Below, piece after piece: positions 19,745 to 29,895 of a stretch of 64,000 nucleotides of DNA. A program made the position numbers and the translations under genes. Source of the DNA: Nostoc sp. DedVER02 (lineage in GTDB: Bacteria; Cyanobacteriota; Cyanobacteriia; Cyanobacteriales; Nostocaceae). The notes below the pieces were generated by a model. It made no database searches. It had not been told where the DNA came from and saw only the letters and a list, made by a program, of their open reading frames with translations. Where the stretch lies: NCBI RefSeq assembly GCF_034530675.2, contig NZ_JAVRCP020000024.1:10690-74689 (forward strand), given 5' to 3'. Each line of letters opens with the position of its first letter. The stretch's first letter is position 1.

Positions 19745-22312
19745 ATGGATATTTCACTAGTTAGCTCTCAGGCTGTTGAGCTATTGTCGCAGATTACCGG
19801 ACAAAAACTGACTAAAAAGAATCTCACGCCACCTGTGATATTTATGGCAAATTTAGTCACGGTGCTGCTAGGAGTGATATTTGTAGATGGAACAGTCGCA
19901 GAGTCAGAAAAGCAACGTTTGCTAACAACCCTTTATCGATTTAGTAATCCAGAAAGTGATGTGCGTAAGTTGACACATTTGATGATTAAGGGAGTCAAAG
20001 ATAATCAAGTTTATAAGCAAGTTAATAACTTACTAGCATTGGCGGCTCCACTTTCAGAGTCAGAAAAGCTTTTGTTGATTAGTTTTGGCTATGAAATGTC
20101 AGCAGCTGATGGCGAAATTGATTCATGTGAGAAAAAATATTTGGAGATAGTCGCCAAACACTTAGGCATTCTACCGCAACATTTAGCAGTTGTTGAGGCT
20201 GGTTTTACTCATCAAGAAAATGTGGAGGCTACTGCTTTAAATGAAGTGCATTTTTTACTAAACCCTGCTTGTTTTCAAGAACTGGACACTATATTTGTTA
20301 AGGCTGCAAGTGATATATTAGCCCTTTTACCTGTTAAACCAGAACACAAAATAACTAAACAGCATAGAAATATATCTTATGAAGAATTGAAAAAGTTCCA
20401 AGAATATCGCAAACAATTAGACAATTGTTGTTATCAGCTATTTCAAATAATTCAAGACTGTACCAATCGTGGCTTCTTGCCTCACACTTTGATAGAAGAG
20501 TTAGGAAAAGTATCTCAAAAAATACAATCCCAGCGCTTTCGGGTATCAGTGCTAGGCGAGTTTAGCCAAGGAAAATCAACCTTACTTAACGCCTTACTAG
20601 GTGAAGAAATTCAACCAGTGAGAGAGATTCCTTGTAGTGGTATAGTAACAGTTTTAAAATATGGAACCGAAAAGCGGGTAGTCTGTCGTTATAAAGATGG
20701 GCAAGAAGAAGAAATTCCTTGTGAGCAATATCAACTAAAGGCAACAATTTCAGAAGATGCAGCACTTGGATGTCTGAGTGATGAACTAGTACATGATGAG
20801 ATTGATGAAATTGTTTTTGAGCATCCTGACTTAGAGTTATGCAGTAATGGGGTAGAAATTGTAGATTCTCCAGGATTAAATGAACACCCTGAGCGTACTG
20901 CCATTACTCAAAAACTGTTGAAGGATACTGATGCAGTGATATTTCTAACTAATGCTTCACGTTCTCTAACTCAAGTAGAACGCGACTTACTCCAGGATGT
21001 GAGAACTCAACTAAATCATGGTAAAGAAAATGAACCTGCTAACAATCTTTTTGTAATAGGAAATTTTATAGATTTAGTGCGTAGTGAAAAAGGGCGTGAG
21101 CAAGTGCAACAGAGGATCGAAAGATTTGTACAAGGTGAAAATCCTATAGTTGCAGGTAAAAATCGCGTTCATTTTATTTCTGCTCAAGCTGCGCTAGATG
21201 CAATTTTACGGGGAACTGAAGATGACTATTTAAAAGCCTTCCAAAATTTTACCCAGTCTATTGAAAAGTTTTTGACGTTTGATAGTGGAATAGTAAAAAT
21301 TAAGCACTTTATTAGTCAAATAAATAGAGTCATTGAAAAAGGTTTAGATGGGCTATATAAATCAAGTAGTGCTTTAGATGGAAAAATTCAAATTTCTGAA
21401 ATAGAAAAGCAGAAAATTTTAGAAAAAATAGGAGAAGCCAGTGGGCGCGATGTCAGAATCCATCTGTTGGCAGATCAATTGATAGGCAAGGTATTTGAGC
21501 AAGCTGCTGAATCTTGGGATAACTGGCGTGAAGGATTGGGCGAGCGAATGGTTAACAAAAGTCAACATTGGCACTCTGAGCATAGCCCTGTTTTTAGCCA
21601 AGATAAACTCATTAGAGATTATACAAATCAATTTATTAGAGACTTGTCAAATGAAATAGATGAATGGGGAAACAAGAAACTTAAAGATGTAATTTTAGAA
21701 CAAAATATGAAATATTTAGACACTAGTATTGCTTATGAACTAGATGCCATTCAAGGCGAATTTAACAGCCTAGACCAGAACATACAAACTAATTTTAGCA
21801 AACAGCTAAAAATTTCAATTGATGGTATAAATGATGACTTTACTGGAATGGGAGGATTTGGCGGTGGTGTTGGAATAGGTGGTGCTTTAGCTGCTGGATT
21901 AATAGTATTTACAGGACTTGGATTTATTGCCGTAATTGTTGCAAGTGTAGCTGCTGCAATTGCTGGTTCATTTGGTTTAGGAATGCTAGATTTTGATGGA
22001 CTAAAAGACCAGATAAAAGGGAAAATTTTGGAACTAGGATTTCAAAAGTTTGATGAATCAATGGATAAAATATCTGATAAGTTAGATGAAATTGTTGGTT
22101 CAGTCTTTAATAGCCGAGTGGAATCAGCCAGTCGAGTAATTGCAGAAGCGATCGCACTTTACGAAAATCTCCTAGAACAGCAGGAAAAAGCTCACAACGA
22201 GACTCTGGAACAGCGTGAGGCTGAAAAGACGTGGATTTACCAAAAGCGTGAAGAACTTGAGCAGGTACAAAATGGGCTGGAAATCATTCTCAGTAAATGC
22301 ACCATTGTTTAA
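19745..22312 (+). CDS. TerB-domain / bacterial dynamin-like GTPase fusion protein
   Basis: The N-terminus has two TerB-like motifs (FVDGTVAESEKQRLL and AADGEIDSCEKKYLEIVAKHLG). GTPase G1 is GEFSQGKSTLLNALLG, G3 is DSPGLNE, and G4 is an atypical GNFIDL. A Gly-rich hydrophobic hairpin (GGFGGGVGIGGALAAGLIVFTGLGFIAVIVASVAAAIAG) sits in the C-terminal part. Confidence 0.7.
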   Translation: MDISLVSSQAVELLSQITGQKLTKKNLTPPVIFMANLVTVLLGVIFVDGTVAESEKQRLLTTLYRFSNPESDVRKLTHLMIKGVKDNQVYKQVNNLLALAAPLSESEKLLLISFGYEMSAADGEIDSCEKKYLEIVAKHLGILPQHLAVVEAGFTHQENVEATALNEVHFLLNPACFQELDTIFVKAASDILALLPVKPEHKITKQHRNISYEELKKFQEYRKQLDNCCYQLFQIIQDCTNRGFLPHTLIEELGKVSQKIQSQRFRVSVLGEFSQGKSTLLNALLGEEIQPVREIPCSGIVTVLKYGTEKRVVCRYKDGQEEEIPCEQYQLKATISEDAALGCLSDELVHDEIDEIVFEHPDLELCSNGVEIVDSPGLNEHPERTAITQKLLKDTDAVIFLTNASRSLTQVERDLLQDVRTQLNHGKENEPANNLFVIGNFIDLVRSEKGREQVQQRIERFVQGENPIVAGKNRVHFISAQAALDAILRGTEDDYLKAFQNFTQSIEKFLTFDSGIVKIKHFISQINRVIEKGLDGLYKSSSALDGKIQISEIEKQKILEKIGEASGRDVRIHLLADQLIGKVFEQAAESWDNWREGLGERMVNKSQHWHSEHSPVFSQDKLIRDYTNQFIRDLSNEIDEWGNKKLKDVILEQNMKYLDTSIAYELDAIQGEFNSLDQNIQTNFSKQLKISIDGINDDFTGMGGFGGGVGIGGALAAGLIVFTGLGFIAVIVASVAAAIAGSFGLGMLDFDGLKDQIKGKILELGFQKFDESMDKISDKLDEIVGSVFNSRVESASRVIAEAIALYENLLEQQEKAHNETLEQREAEKTWIYQKREELEQVQNGLEIILSKCTIV

Positions 22313-22381
22313 TCACATTCTTTTTGTAGCTAATCTCGCCTCATAATAAAGAAAGATTAAGATGCACTCAAAAACCTTTCA

Positions 22382-23065
22382 ATGAGCCAGACTACCTTAA
22401 ATTTAGTTGCAATATCTATCTTTCTCATGACCCTATCGGTACTGCTGGGGCCATTCTTAAATTTGTCGCCAGCAGTACCAGCACTTGCAACCTTCACCAT
22501 TTTAGGCATAGCTACATTAGATAGTTTTAGCTTGCAAGGCAAGGGTGGTACTATCTTTTTAGATTGGATTGCTGGTTTTTCAAGCGAACACCGCGATCGC
22601 ATCGTCCACCACGAAGCAGGACATTTTTTGGTTGCTTACTTGTTAGGTATTCCCGTAACCGGCTACACACTTACCGCTTGGGAAGCATGGAAACAGGGGC
22701 AACCTGGACAAGGCGGCGTTAGCTTTGACGATAGCGAATTAGCGTCTCAATTAGAAGTGGGTAAAATCAGTGCCCAAATACTAGACCGCTACTCCACTGT
22801 TTGGATGGCAGGTATTGCTGCTGAAACCCTAGTTTTTAATAATGCTGAGGGTGGCGCTGATGATAAAAATAAGCTGATAGGAGTCTTGACAGTTTTAGGC
22901 TTTTCTGAATCAGTTTATCAACAGAAACTGCGGTTTCATGCCCTCCAAGCAAAAACCCTACTGCAAGAAAATTGGTCTAGTTATGAAGCTTTAGTTAATG
23001 CCATGCGACAACGCGCTTCGGTACAAGATTGTCATGCTGAGTTAGGAGTTAGGAGAGGCAATTGA
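22382..23065 (+). CDS. Membrane protein with an FtsH/M41-like HExxH metalloprotease domain and no AAA module
   Basis: Two N-terminal hydrophobic segments, then HEAGHFLVAYLLG. The C-terminal codons run into a dispersed repeat. Confidence 0.5.
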   Translation: MSQTTLNLVAISIFLMTLSVLLGPFLNLSPAVPALATFTILGIATLDSFSLQGKGGTIFLDWIAGFSSEHRDRIVHHEAGHFLVAYLLGIPVTGYTLTAWEAWKQGQPGQGGVSFDDSELASQLEVGKISAQILDRYSTVWMAGIAAETLVFNNAEGGADDKNKLIGVLTVLGFSESVYQQKLRFHALQAKTLLQENWSSYEALVNAMRQRASVQDCHAELGVRRGN

Positions 23066-23109
23066 TCCCATCTGTACAGGAGTTAAGAGTTATAAATATT
23101 AACTATTCA

Positions 23110-23140
23110 CCAATGCCCAATGCCCAATTCCCAATGCCCA
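23110..23140 (+). repeat. STRR heptamer array (CCAATGC/CCAATTC)
   Basis: ccaatgcccaatgcccaattcccaatgccca. Confidence 0.9.
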
Positions 23141-23143
23141 CTT

Positions 23144-24166
23144 TTATGAAGAAACAGCTTTCAAATGTGAAGCATGAGATAGGTAGTTTGAGTGAATAAC
23201 CCGATTACGCCCAGTATTTTTAGCCTGTAACAGACATTGATCGGCACGATTGAGCAAACTCTCTCCTTGCTCATCATCGTCAGCTTGTAGAGTGGCTGTG
23301 CCGAGACTAATGGTGATATTAATTGTTAGTTTATTAGTGAGTGCAAATGGTTCATCACTAACTACGCGATGAAGGCGACGGGCTACTAATAGTGCTTCTT
23401 CATCGCTAGTGTTAGCCAAAAGAATCACAAACTCTTCGCCACCATAGCGAAATGCTGTATCTTGACAACGCAGATTGTGGCGCAGACGCTGACATAATAC
23501 TTGCAAAATGCGATCGCCTACTAAATGCCCGTGAGTATCATTAACTTTTTTGAAATGATCTACATCGAGAATAATTAAACTCAAAGAAGTTCTTTCAGTT
23601 CTAGCTCTTTTAATTTGCCTGGGTAAGTCCCATTCTAAAGCACGACGATTGTTTAATTCTGTCAACGAATCGGCTAAGGCGATCGCTGACAACATATCAT
23701 TTGTCCGAATCAAATCTCGATATTTCTGTGCTTTTCGTAAGCCAACAGTTAATTGAGCAAGTATTAATCCATGATTAGCAGTCAACTCTGCCAAGTTATG
23801 GTCTGTTTTGTCATAAATAAGATGCCAAATATAAGCATCGGCTCCTTGTTTTAGGGCCGCAGCACTCATCTCTAATTCTCTGTGCCAACCCTTATTTCTA
23901 TCATTAAGCTGTTGGGAACGATCCTCGAAAAGAATACAGTATATCCAGGATAGTTTTGTCTGGTCTTTCAACCAACTGCACAGTTCCATACTGCTATCTA
24001 GGCTAGCCTGCACAAGTATTATGTCGGGAGGCATTGTTTGAATCCGCGACACTGCTTGATTCAGATTGTCTATAACTTCTACATTAAAAGCAGTCGCATA
24101 ACGGATCTGATCTGGAAGTGTGGCGATAAAATTATTTTTTCCAAAGACCAGAATAGAAATATTCAT
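23144..24166 (-). CDS. Diguanylate cyclase (GGDEF) with an N-terminal receiver-like domain
   Basis: RYGGEEF active site preceded by DVDHFKKVNDTHGH. The N-terminal CheY-like fold has Q where the phospho-acceptor Asp is expected (PPDIILVQ). Confidence 0.8.
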   Translation of the reverse strand: MNISILVFGKNNFIATLPDQIRYATAFNVEVIDNLNQAVSRIQTMPPDIILVQASLDSSMELCSWLKDQTKLSWIYCILFEDRSQQLNDRNKGWHRELEMSAAALKQGADAYIWHLIYDKTDHNLAELTANHGLILAQLTVGLRKAQKYRDLIRTNDMLSAIALADSLTELNNRRALEWDLPRQIKRARTERTSLSLIILDVDHFKKVNDTHGHLVGDRILQVLCQRLRHNLRCQDTAFRYGGEEFVILLANTSDEEALLVARRLHRVVSDEPFALTNKLTINITISLGTATLQADDDEQGESLLNRADQCLLQAKNTGRNRVIHSNYLSHASHLKAVSS

Positions 24167-24568
24167 TGCTTTATTTTTTATCCTATTTATATTTGAAAAA
24201 TATTAAGTTTAGCAACTGCTATCTTTGCCTGATACTAAATAATAACTTTTAGGCAGAGTTAGATTTATGGATAAATAATTTTTTTTACATCAATCTACAA
24301 TAATTTTTCAAGTTTTATCTCCTTTTAAGGCTTTATATTTACTAATACCGTTTCTGAAATATCCACTTCTGACAACTAATGTCTTCTTTACAGAATATTT
24401 TTCAAACAGTAGAAACACTGAATAATCTTGACGGGTAGAAAAACCATTTATCTGCTTTCTTAAGTATTGTTTTACTGATGAAAATATCAAAATAAATAGT
24501 TCGTAATAACATTCATATTCCATTACAAAAATTATTTCTGTGTAGAAAAATAAATAAATTATAAAGTT

Positions 24569-24625
24569 TTTTACTTCAACGATTTAATTTAGATTTTCAT
24601 CGTTGAAGTAAAAGTTTTCTTTTCC
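24569..24625 (+). terminator. Orphan strong hairpin plus T-rich tail (15-bp perfect stem)
   Basis: ttttacttcaacgat - 15-nt loop - atcgttgaagtaaaa, followed by gttttcttttcc. No ORF of 60 aa or more lies upstream on the + strand. Confidence 0.45.
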
Positions 24626-24988
24626 ATAGGTTACTTCCACCTTTTTCTTTATAAGCTAGGCTTTGATCAAGTTATTAAGGTAGGAGTGTAATCGCAAAGG
24701 GAATCTAAATTAAATAGGCAGGAAAGCTCCCTGCTGCTATATGGACAGGAGCTTTATAGTGCTAAGAAAATCTACAATTGCAGAGCAAATTTATCGGGTA
24801 AAATATCCCCGATTTAAGTAAGGTGTGAAACTTGAGTTCACAATATGTTGGCAGGCAGAATAAAATGTCTCTGCCTACGCGCTTTATCTGTGTTTACTTA
24901 CTTAACTCACATTTTTTGGTTAATTGGTTGCAACATCATAAATTTAGAAAACAAAGCTAAATAAAATGCTTAATGTTAAAACCTGCCC

Positions 24989-25141
24989 CTAATGTGGGTA
25001 AATTGGTTCGATTCCGCCTAGAGAAAGGGCCTTAACTCCGACATCCACCTTGGACTCAGGTTCCATGACGTGGATGGATTCGGTAATTATTTCTGCACAT
25101 CCCTCACAAGCAATATTTGATACTTTCAGTTTTAGTGCCAT
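24989..25141 (-). CDS. Small heavy-metal-associated (HMA)-like protein, 50 aa, possibly C-terminally truncated
   Basis: Hand translation gives MALKLKVSNIACEGCAEIITESIHVMEPESKVDVGVKALSLGGIEPIYPH, with a CxxC metal-binding motif in the usual HMA position. Below the size cut-off of the ORF track. Confidence 0.4.
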   Translation of the reverse strand: MALKLKVSNIACEGCAEIITESIHVMEPESKVDVGVKALSLGGIEPIYPH

Positions 25142-25384
25142 TTGCTACCCTAGTATGGGAATTTTAAAGTATTTCTTAATAATTAATTTTAAAGATCAAA
25201 ATGCGAGCGCGCATCCTGTCAGAGCTAGATAATGCTCTAAAACCATCCTAATAACTGCACATAGCTCCCGATGGGCATAATTTGCTGGCGGTAATATGAA
25301 ACAAAATGCAAGAATATATAAAGCTATTGATGAAAATACACTTACCTAGTACCGCTACGCCCAAGTCTAAAGTTAAAAACACCT

Positions 25385-28027
25385 ATGTCTTCAAATCCCC
25401 AGTACCTAAGCGGTAACGAAATTCGCAACATATTCCTCAACTTCTTTGCCCAACGGAGTCACCAAATCCTCCCAAGTGCCTCTCTCGTGCCAGAAGATCC
25501 AACCGTACTGCTAACGATCGCGGGGATGCTACCATTTAAGCCGATATTCTTGGGGCAGCGCACACCAGAATTTAAGCGGGCTACGACTTCGCAAAAGTGT
25601 ATCCGTACCAACGACATTGAAAATGTCGGACGCACTAAACGGCATCATACGTTTTTTGAGATGCTGGGTAATTTCAGCTTTGGTGATTATTTTAAAGAAC
25701 AAGCGATCGCTTGGGGTTGGGAAATCTCTACACAAGTCTTTGGCTTTTCTCCCCAAAATCTGGTTGTCAGCGTTTTTGAAGATGATGATGAAGCCTTTGC
25801 TATCTGGCGCGATCAAATCGGTGTGCCGGTAGCGAGAATTAAACGCTTGGGCGAAGATGATAATTTTTGGGTATCTGGCCCGACTGGCCCTTGTGGCCCT
25901 TGTTCAGAAATATATTACGACTTCCACCCAGAACGCGGTGACGAAAATATCGATTTAGAAGACGATTCCCGGTTTATTGAGTTTTACAATCTCGTGTTTA
26001 TGCAATATAACCGGGATGCATCAGGCAATTTAACGCCACTGCAAAACAAAAACATTGATACTGGCATGGGTTTGGAGAGAATGGCGCAAATTCTCCAGAA
26101 AGTGCCCAATAACTACGAAACTGACTTAATTTTCCCAATTATTCAAACAGCCGCTCAAATTGCTGGTATTGACTACCACAGCAGCGATGAGAAAACCAAA
26201 GTCTCCTTAAAAGTTATTGGCGATCACGTTCGTTCTGTTGTCCACATGATCGCTGATGAAATTCGCGCTTCCAACGTCGGAAGGGGTTATGTGTTACGGC
26301 GATTAATTCGGCGGGTAGTGCGTCATGGGCGATTAATTGGAATTTCTGGCGAATTTACTACCCAAGTTGCCGAAACTGCGATCGCTCTTTCGGAATCAGC
26401 TTACCCCAATGTGCGCCAACGAGAAGCAGCAATTAAAGCTGAGTTGCAACGGGAAGAATCGAATTTCCTCAGAACTCTCGATAGAGGTGAAAAACTCCTA
26501 GAAGAAATCATCCAAGAGGTGAAACAGCGAGGAAACACTCAAATTAGCGGTGAAAGTGCATTTACTCTTTACGATACCCACGGTTTCCCCTTTGAACTTA
26601 CTCAAGAAATTGCTGAGGAAAACAACTTAACAGTTGATGTTGATGGATTCCAGAAAGCAATGGAAATCCAACAACAAGGAGGTAGAGGCGCACATGAAAC
26701 CATCGATTTAACTGTGCAAGGTTCCCTCGATAAATTAGCAGAACACGTTAAAGTTACCGAGTTTTTAGGCTACACCCAACCAACAGCGACGGCAAAAGTC
26801 GAAGCGATTTTGGTAGAAGGTGTTTCTCAAGAGGAAGCAGAAGCGGGGACACAGGTACAAATTGTTCTTGACAAAACGCCATTTTATGCTGAGTCTGGGG
26901 GACAAATCGGCGATCGCGGTTATATCTCTGGTGATGGGATTGTTGTTCGGGTTGAAGACGTTAAAAAAGAATCTGATTTCTTTGTTCACTTCGGACGCAT
27001 CGAACGCGGTACACTGCGCGTAGGCGATCGCGTCACAGCCCAAATCGATCCGGCTTGTCGTCGTCGCGCCCAAGCTAACCATACCGCAACGCACCTGTTA
27101 CAAGCGGCTTTAAAAAAAATCGTTGATGATGGCATATCTCAAGCTGGTTCCTTGGTTTCCTTTGACAGGTTGCGCTTTGACTTCAACTGTCCCCGCGCGT
27201 TGACAGCAGAAGAAGTTCAACAAATTGAAGAACAGGTGAACGCTTGGATTGCTGAAGCCCACGCTGCACAAGTGGAAGTATTACCTTTAGCAGAGGCTAA
27301 AGCTAAGGGTGCTGTTGCTATGTTCGGTGAAAAATACGGTGACGAAGTGCGGGTAATTGACTTCCCCAATGTATCAATGGAACTGTGCGGTGGAACTCAT
27401 GTTAGCAATACGGCTGAGATTGGCGTGTTCAAGATTATTTCTGAAGCTGGTGTGGCTTCTGGGGTGCGGCGCATTGAAGCTGTTTCGGGGCCGGCAATAC
27501 TAGATTATCTCAATCTTCGGGATAAAGTAGTTAAAGATTTGAGCGATCGCTTTAAAGTTAAGCCTGAAGAATTACCAGACAGAATTACAAGTCTGCAAAG
27601 CGAACTCAGAACTAGCCAGAAGGAATTGGAAACCTTGAAGGTACAGTTAGCGATCGCTAAATCTGACAGCTTACTGCAAACAGCCGAAACTGTAGGCGAT
27701 CATAAAATTATCATCGCCCAATTAGAAGATGTCGATCCAGAATCATTAAAAACCGCAGCCGAACGCCTACTGCAAAAAATCGGTAACGGTGCAGTAGTGC
27801 TGGGTTCTGTTCCCGAAGCCGATAAAGTGAGCATAGTTGCAGCTTTTAGTCAAGAGGTTAACAAAAAAGGTTTGCAAGCTGGTAAATTTGTCGGTGCGAT
27901 CGCTAAAATCTGCGGTGGTGGCGGCGGTGGAAGACCGAACTTAGCTCAAGCCGGCGGACGCGATGCGAGTAAATTACCAGATGCATTGGCACAAGCGGAA
28001 AGTGATTTAAAATCGGCATTGGGTTAA
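25385..28027 (+). CDS. alaS: Alanine--tRNA ligase
   Basis: 880 aa. Class II catalytic core, editing-domain HTATHLLQ, and C-terminal [15 protein letters not shown]. Confidence 0.95.
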   Translation: MSSNPQYLSGNEIRNIFLNFFAQRSHQILPSASLVPEDPTVLLTIAGMLPFKPIFLGQRTPEFKRATTSQKCIRTNDIENVGRTKRHHTFFEMLGNFSFGDYFKEQAIAWGWEISTQVFGFSPQNLVVSVFEDDDEAFAIWRDQIGVPVARIKRLGEDDNFWVSGPTGPCGPCSEIYYDFHPERGDENIDLEDDSRFIEFYNLVFMQYNRDASGNLTPLQNKNIDTGMGLERMAQILQKVPNNYETDLIFPIIQTAAQIAGIDYHSSDEKTKVSLKVIGDHVRSVVHMIADEIRASNVGRGYVLRRLIRRVVRHGRLIGISGEFTTQVAETAIALSESAYPNVRQREAAIKAELQREESNFLRTLDRGEKLLEEIIQEVKQRGNTQISGESAFTLYDTHGFPFELTQEIAEENNLTVDVDGFQKAMEIQQQGGRGAHETIDLTVQGSLDKLAEHVKVTEFLGYTQPTATAKVEAILVEGVSQEEAEAGTQVQIVLDKTPFYAESGGQIGDRGYISGDGIVVRVEDVKKESDFFVHFGRIERGTLRVGDRVTAQIDPACRRRAQANHTATHLLQAALKKIVDDGISQAGSLVSFDRLRFDFNCPRALTAEEVQQIEEQVNAWIAEAHAAQVEVLPLAEAKAKGAVAMFGEKYGDEVRVIDFPNVSMELCGGTHVSNTAEIGVFKIISEAGVASGVRRIEAVSGPAILDYLNLRDKVVKDLSDRFKVKPEELPDRITSLQSELRTSQKELETLKVQLAIAKSDSLLQTAETVGDHKIIIAQLEDVDPESLKTAAERLLQKIGNGAVVLGSVPEADKVSIVAAFSQEVNKKGLQAGKFVGAIAKICGGGGGGRPNLAQAGGRDASKLPDALAQAESDLKSALG

Positions 28028-28284
28028 AACTCTTTGTTACAGCATCTGTCCTAATAGTCTATCAATAAATAATTGATGGATAAATTCCCTATAGAGACGG
28101 CTATTTATCGAGTCTCTCTAACTGCCAAAAGACTATTAGGGGCAATTCATGAATCGCCCCTACAAAAAATTAAGGCTTTCACTGCCTTTCTGCGTAAGTC
28201 CTGAACATTCCAAAACAGACGCAAAAATCCTCTCTATTTCTCTTCTCTCTGTGTTCTCTGCGCCTCTGTGGTTCGTTAATTTCC

Positions 28285-28842
28285 TTAAACCATCTCAAAT
28301 TCTAATTGATCGCTCTTAAAAAAGTCATGAGTGAAATGATCCACCACATTAGTATCAGCTAATTCCAAATTATAAAAATCCACAGCTTCATGGTCAAAAT
28401 GGGGGCCAGCGTGCCAAGTCCCCTCATGTAGCTTGATAAAACAATTCCCCGGAATCCGAAAAGCAGCAATCTCTTCTAATGCTGGTTCGTTCACATCATT
28501 ATCAGGAGGACAAACAGCAATTAACCAATCCTTCCCTTCCAAAGAACCTAAACATTGAGTGCATTGCTGATGGCGAGTAATTTTATGAAACTTTCGCCCT
28601 CTCTTCTCCAACCGCATAATATAAAATCGTGGAATCCCATTTTGCAGGTTTAACCGGGCATCTTCCGAATCGTAACCTTTACCATCAAGACTTGGGAAAA
28701 CCACCTGTCCATAACGCTGAAAGTTCTCAGAATTCACCCATTGCGCTTGCAATTGTTGCACTGTCTTTGATGTGCCCATATCAAATCTTTGATAGAGATT
28801 ACTTAGGTTTATTTTCTCCCAAAATGACCGAATTTTATACAT
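28285..28842 (-). CDS. Ureidoglycolate lyase (AllA)-like cupin-fold protein
   Basis: ITRHQQCTQCLGSLEGKDWLIAV and GTWHAGPHF resemble the AllA family. The likelier start is the internal MGTSK at 28779. Confidence 0.5.
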   Translation of the reverse strand: MYKIRSFWEKINLSNLYQRFDMGTSKTVQQLQAQWVNSENFQRYGQVVFPSLDGKGYDSEDARLNLQNGIPRFYIMRLEKRGRKFHKITRHQQCTQCLGSLEGKDWLIAVCPPDNDVNEPALEEIAAFRIPGNCFIKLHEGTWHAGPHFDHEAVDFYNLELADTNVVDHFTHDFFKSDQLEFEMV

Positions 28843-28875
28843 ACAGTCATTATGGTGAATTGGGAAAAAATAACC

Positions 28876-29895
28876 TTAACTAGCTAGATAACTCCTTACT
28901 TGCTCCTTTTGTCGTCGCAGAAGACTAAGAGCTTTTTGCTCAATCTGACGTACCCGTTCTCGACTAATACCCATGCGATCGCCAATTTGTGCTAAAGAAA
29001 GTTCATAGCCATCAGTCAGACCAAAGCGCAGGGTTAATATTTCTCGCTGTTGCGGAGACAACTTTGCCAACAAATCATGTAAATCTTGGTGGAGAGATTC
29101 TTCAACAGCATAGTCTTCAGGAGAAGGGCCATCATCTTCCAGAATATCCTGTAATTCTGTATCTTGTTGTTCGCCAACTCGCGCTTCTAGCGAGAAAGGT
29201 TGACGCGCCAAATATAAACACTCTCTAACTTGGCTAGGTGTCAAAGATAATGCATTCGCAATTTCAGCAGTAGTTGGAACCCGACCTAGCTGCTGAGATA
29301 ATTCTCGCTGTACCCGTTTAATTTTATTCAGTTTCTCAAAAACATGGATCGGTAAGCGAATTGTCCGTCCTTGTTGAGCGATCGCTCGCGTGATTCCTTG
29401 ACGAATCCACCAGTAAGCGTAAGTAGAAAACTTATAGCCAAGAGCAGGATCAAATTTATCCACCCCTCGCTCTAAGCCCAAAGTCCCTTCTTGAATTAGA
29501 TCCATAAATTCCAGATTGCGGTGCTGGTATTTCTTAGCCACTGCTACCACCAACCGGAGATTAGCTTGAATCATTTTTTGCTTGGCTTGGTGTCCTTGAT
29601 TTAGCTGTTGCTCTAGTACCTCAACACCTAACTCCGCCCCATTTGCCCATTCTTGAAGCGTGGGTTCGTGGTTTAATTTAACAGCCAATTCTTCTTTAAC
29701 AGCTAACAAATTCATCATTAGCTGCACTTGTTGGGCAAAAATAACCTCTTGTTCACGAGTCAACAAATCTACACGCCCGATCTCTTGCAGATAACTACGC
29801 ACAATATCATCTGTAGATCGAGGTTTTTTATCTGCGGCTAAACTTTTTTTCTTCGTTTTTTGAACTTCGGTAGGTGGAGATGTTAAGTTGCTCAT
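28876..29895 (-). CDS. Group 2 sigma-70 family RNA polymerase sigma factor
   Basis: Region 2 (DLIQEGTLGLERGVDKFDP, YWWIRQGITRAI), TIRLPIHV, and region 4 (LSLAQIGDRMGISRERVRQIE). Confidence 0.85.
   Translation of the reverse strand: MSNLTSPPTEVQKTKKKSLAADKKPRSTDDIVRSYLQEIGRVDLLTREQEVIFAQQVQLMMNLLAVKEELAVKLNHEPTLQEWANGAELGVEVLEQQLNQGHQAKQKMIQANLRLVVAVAKKYQHRNLEFMDLIQEGTLGLERGVDKFDPALGYKFSTYAYWWIRQGITRAIAQQGRTIRLPIHVFEKLNKIKRVQRELSQQLGRVPTTAEIANALSLTPSQVRECLYLARQPFSLEARVGEQQDTELQDILEDDGPSPEDYAVEESLHQDLHDLLAKLSPQQREILTLRFGLTDGYELSLAQIGDRMGISRERVRQIEQKALSLLRRQKEQVRSYLAS

Noticed and set aside
22357-22602. 81-aa minus-strand ORF
   Set aside because: Antisense to the N-terminal TM region of the M41-like protein. 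No support.
24308-24523. 71-aa minus-strand ORF in an AT-rich spacer
   Set aside because: No motif, a composition-driven ORF, and no clear ribosome-binding site. Left unannotated.
25005-25015. tRNA/tmRNA-like T-loop GGTTCGATTCC
   Set aside because: The flanking bases cannot form a T-stem (ATTGG versus CCGCC) or a cloverleaf. The motif falls inside the minus-strand HMA-like ORF (codons GGA ATC GAA CC).
25050-25232. 60-aa + strand ORF
   Set aside because: No recognisable features. It is antisense to the better-supported HMA-like ORF.
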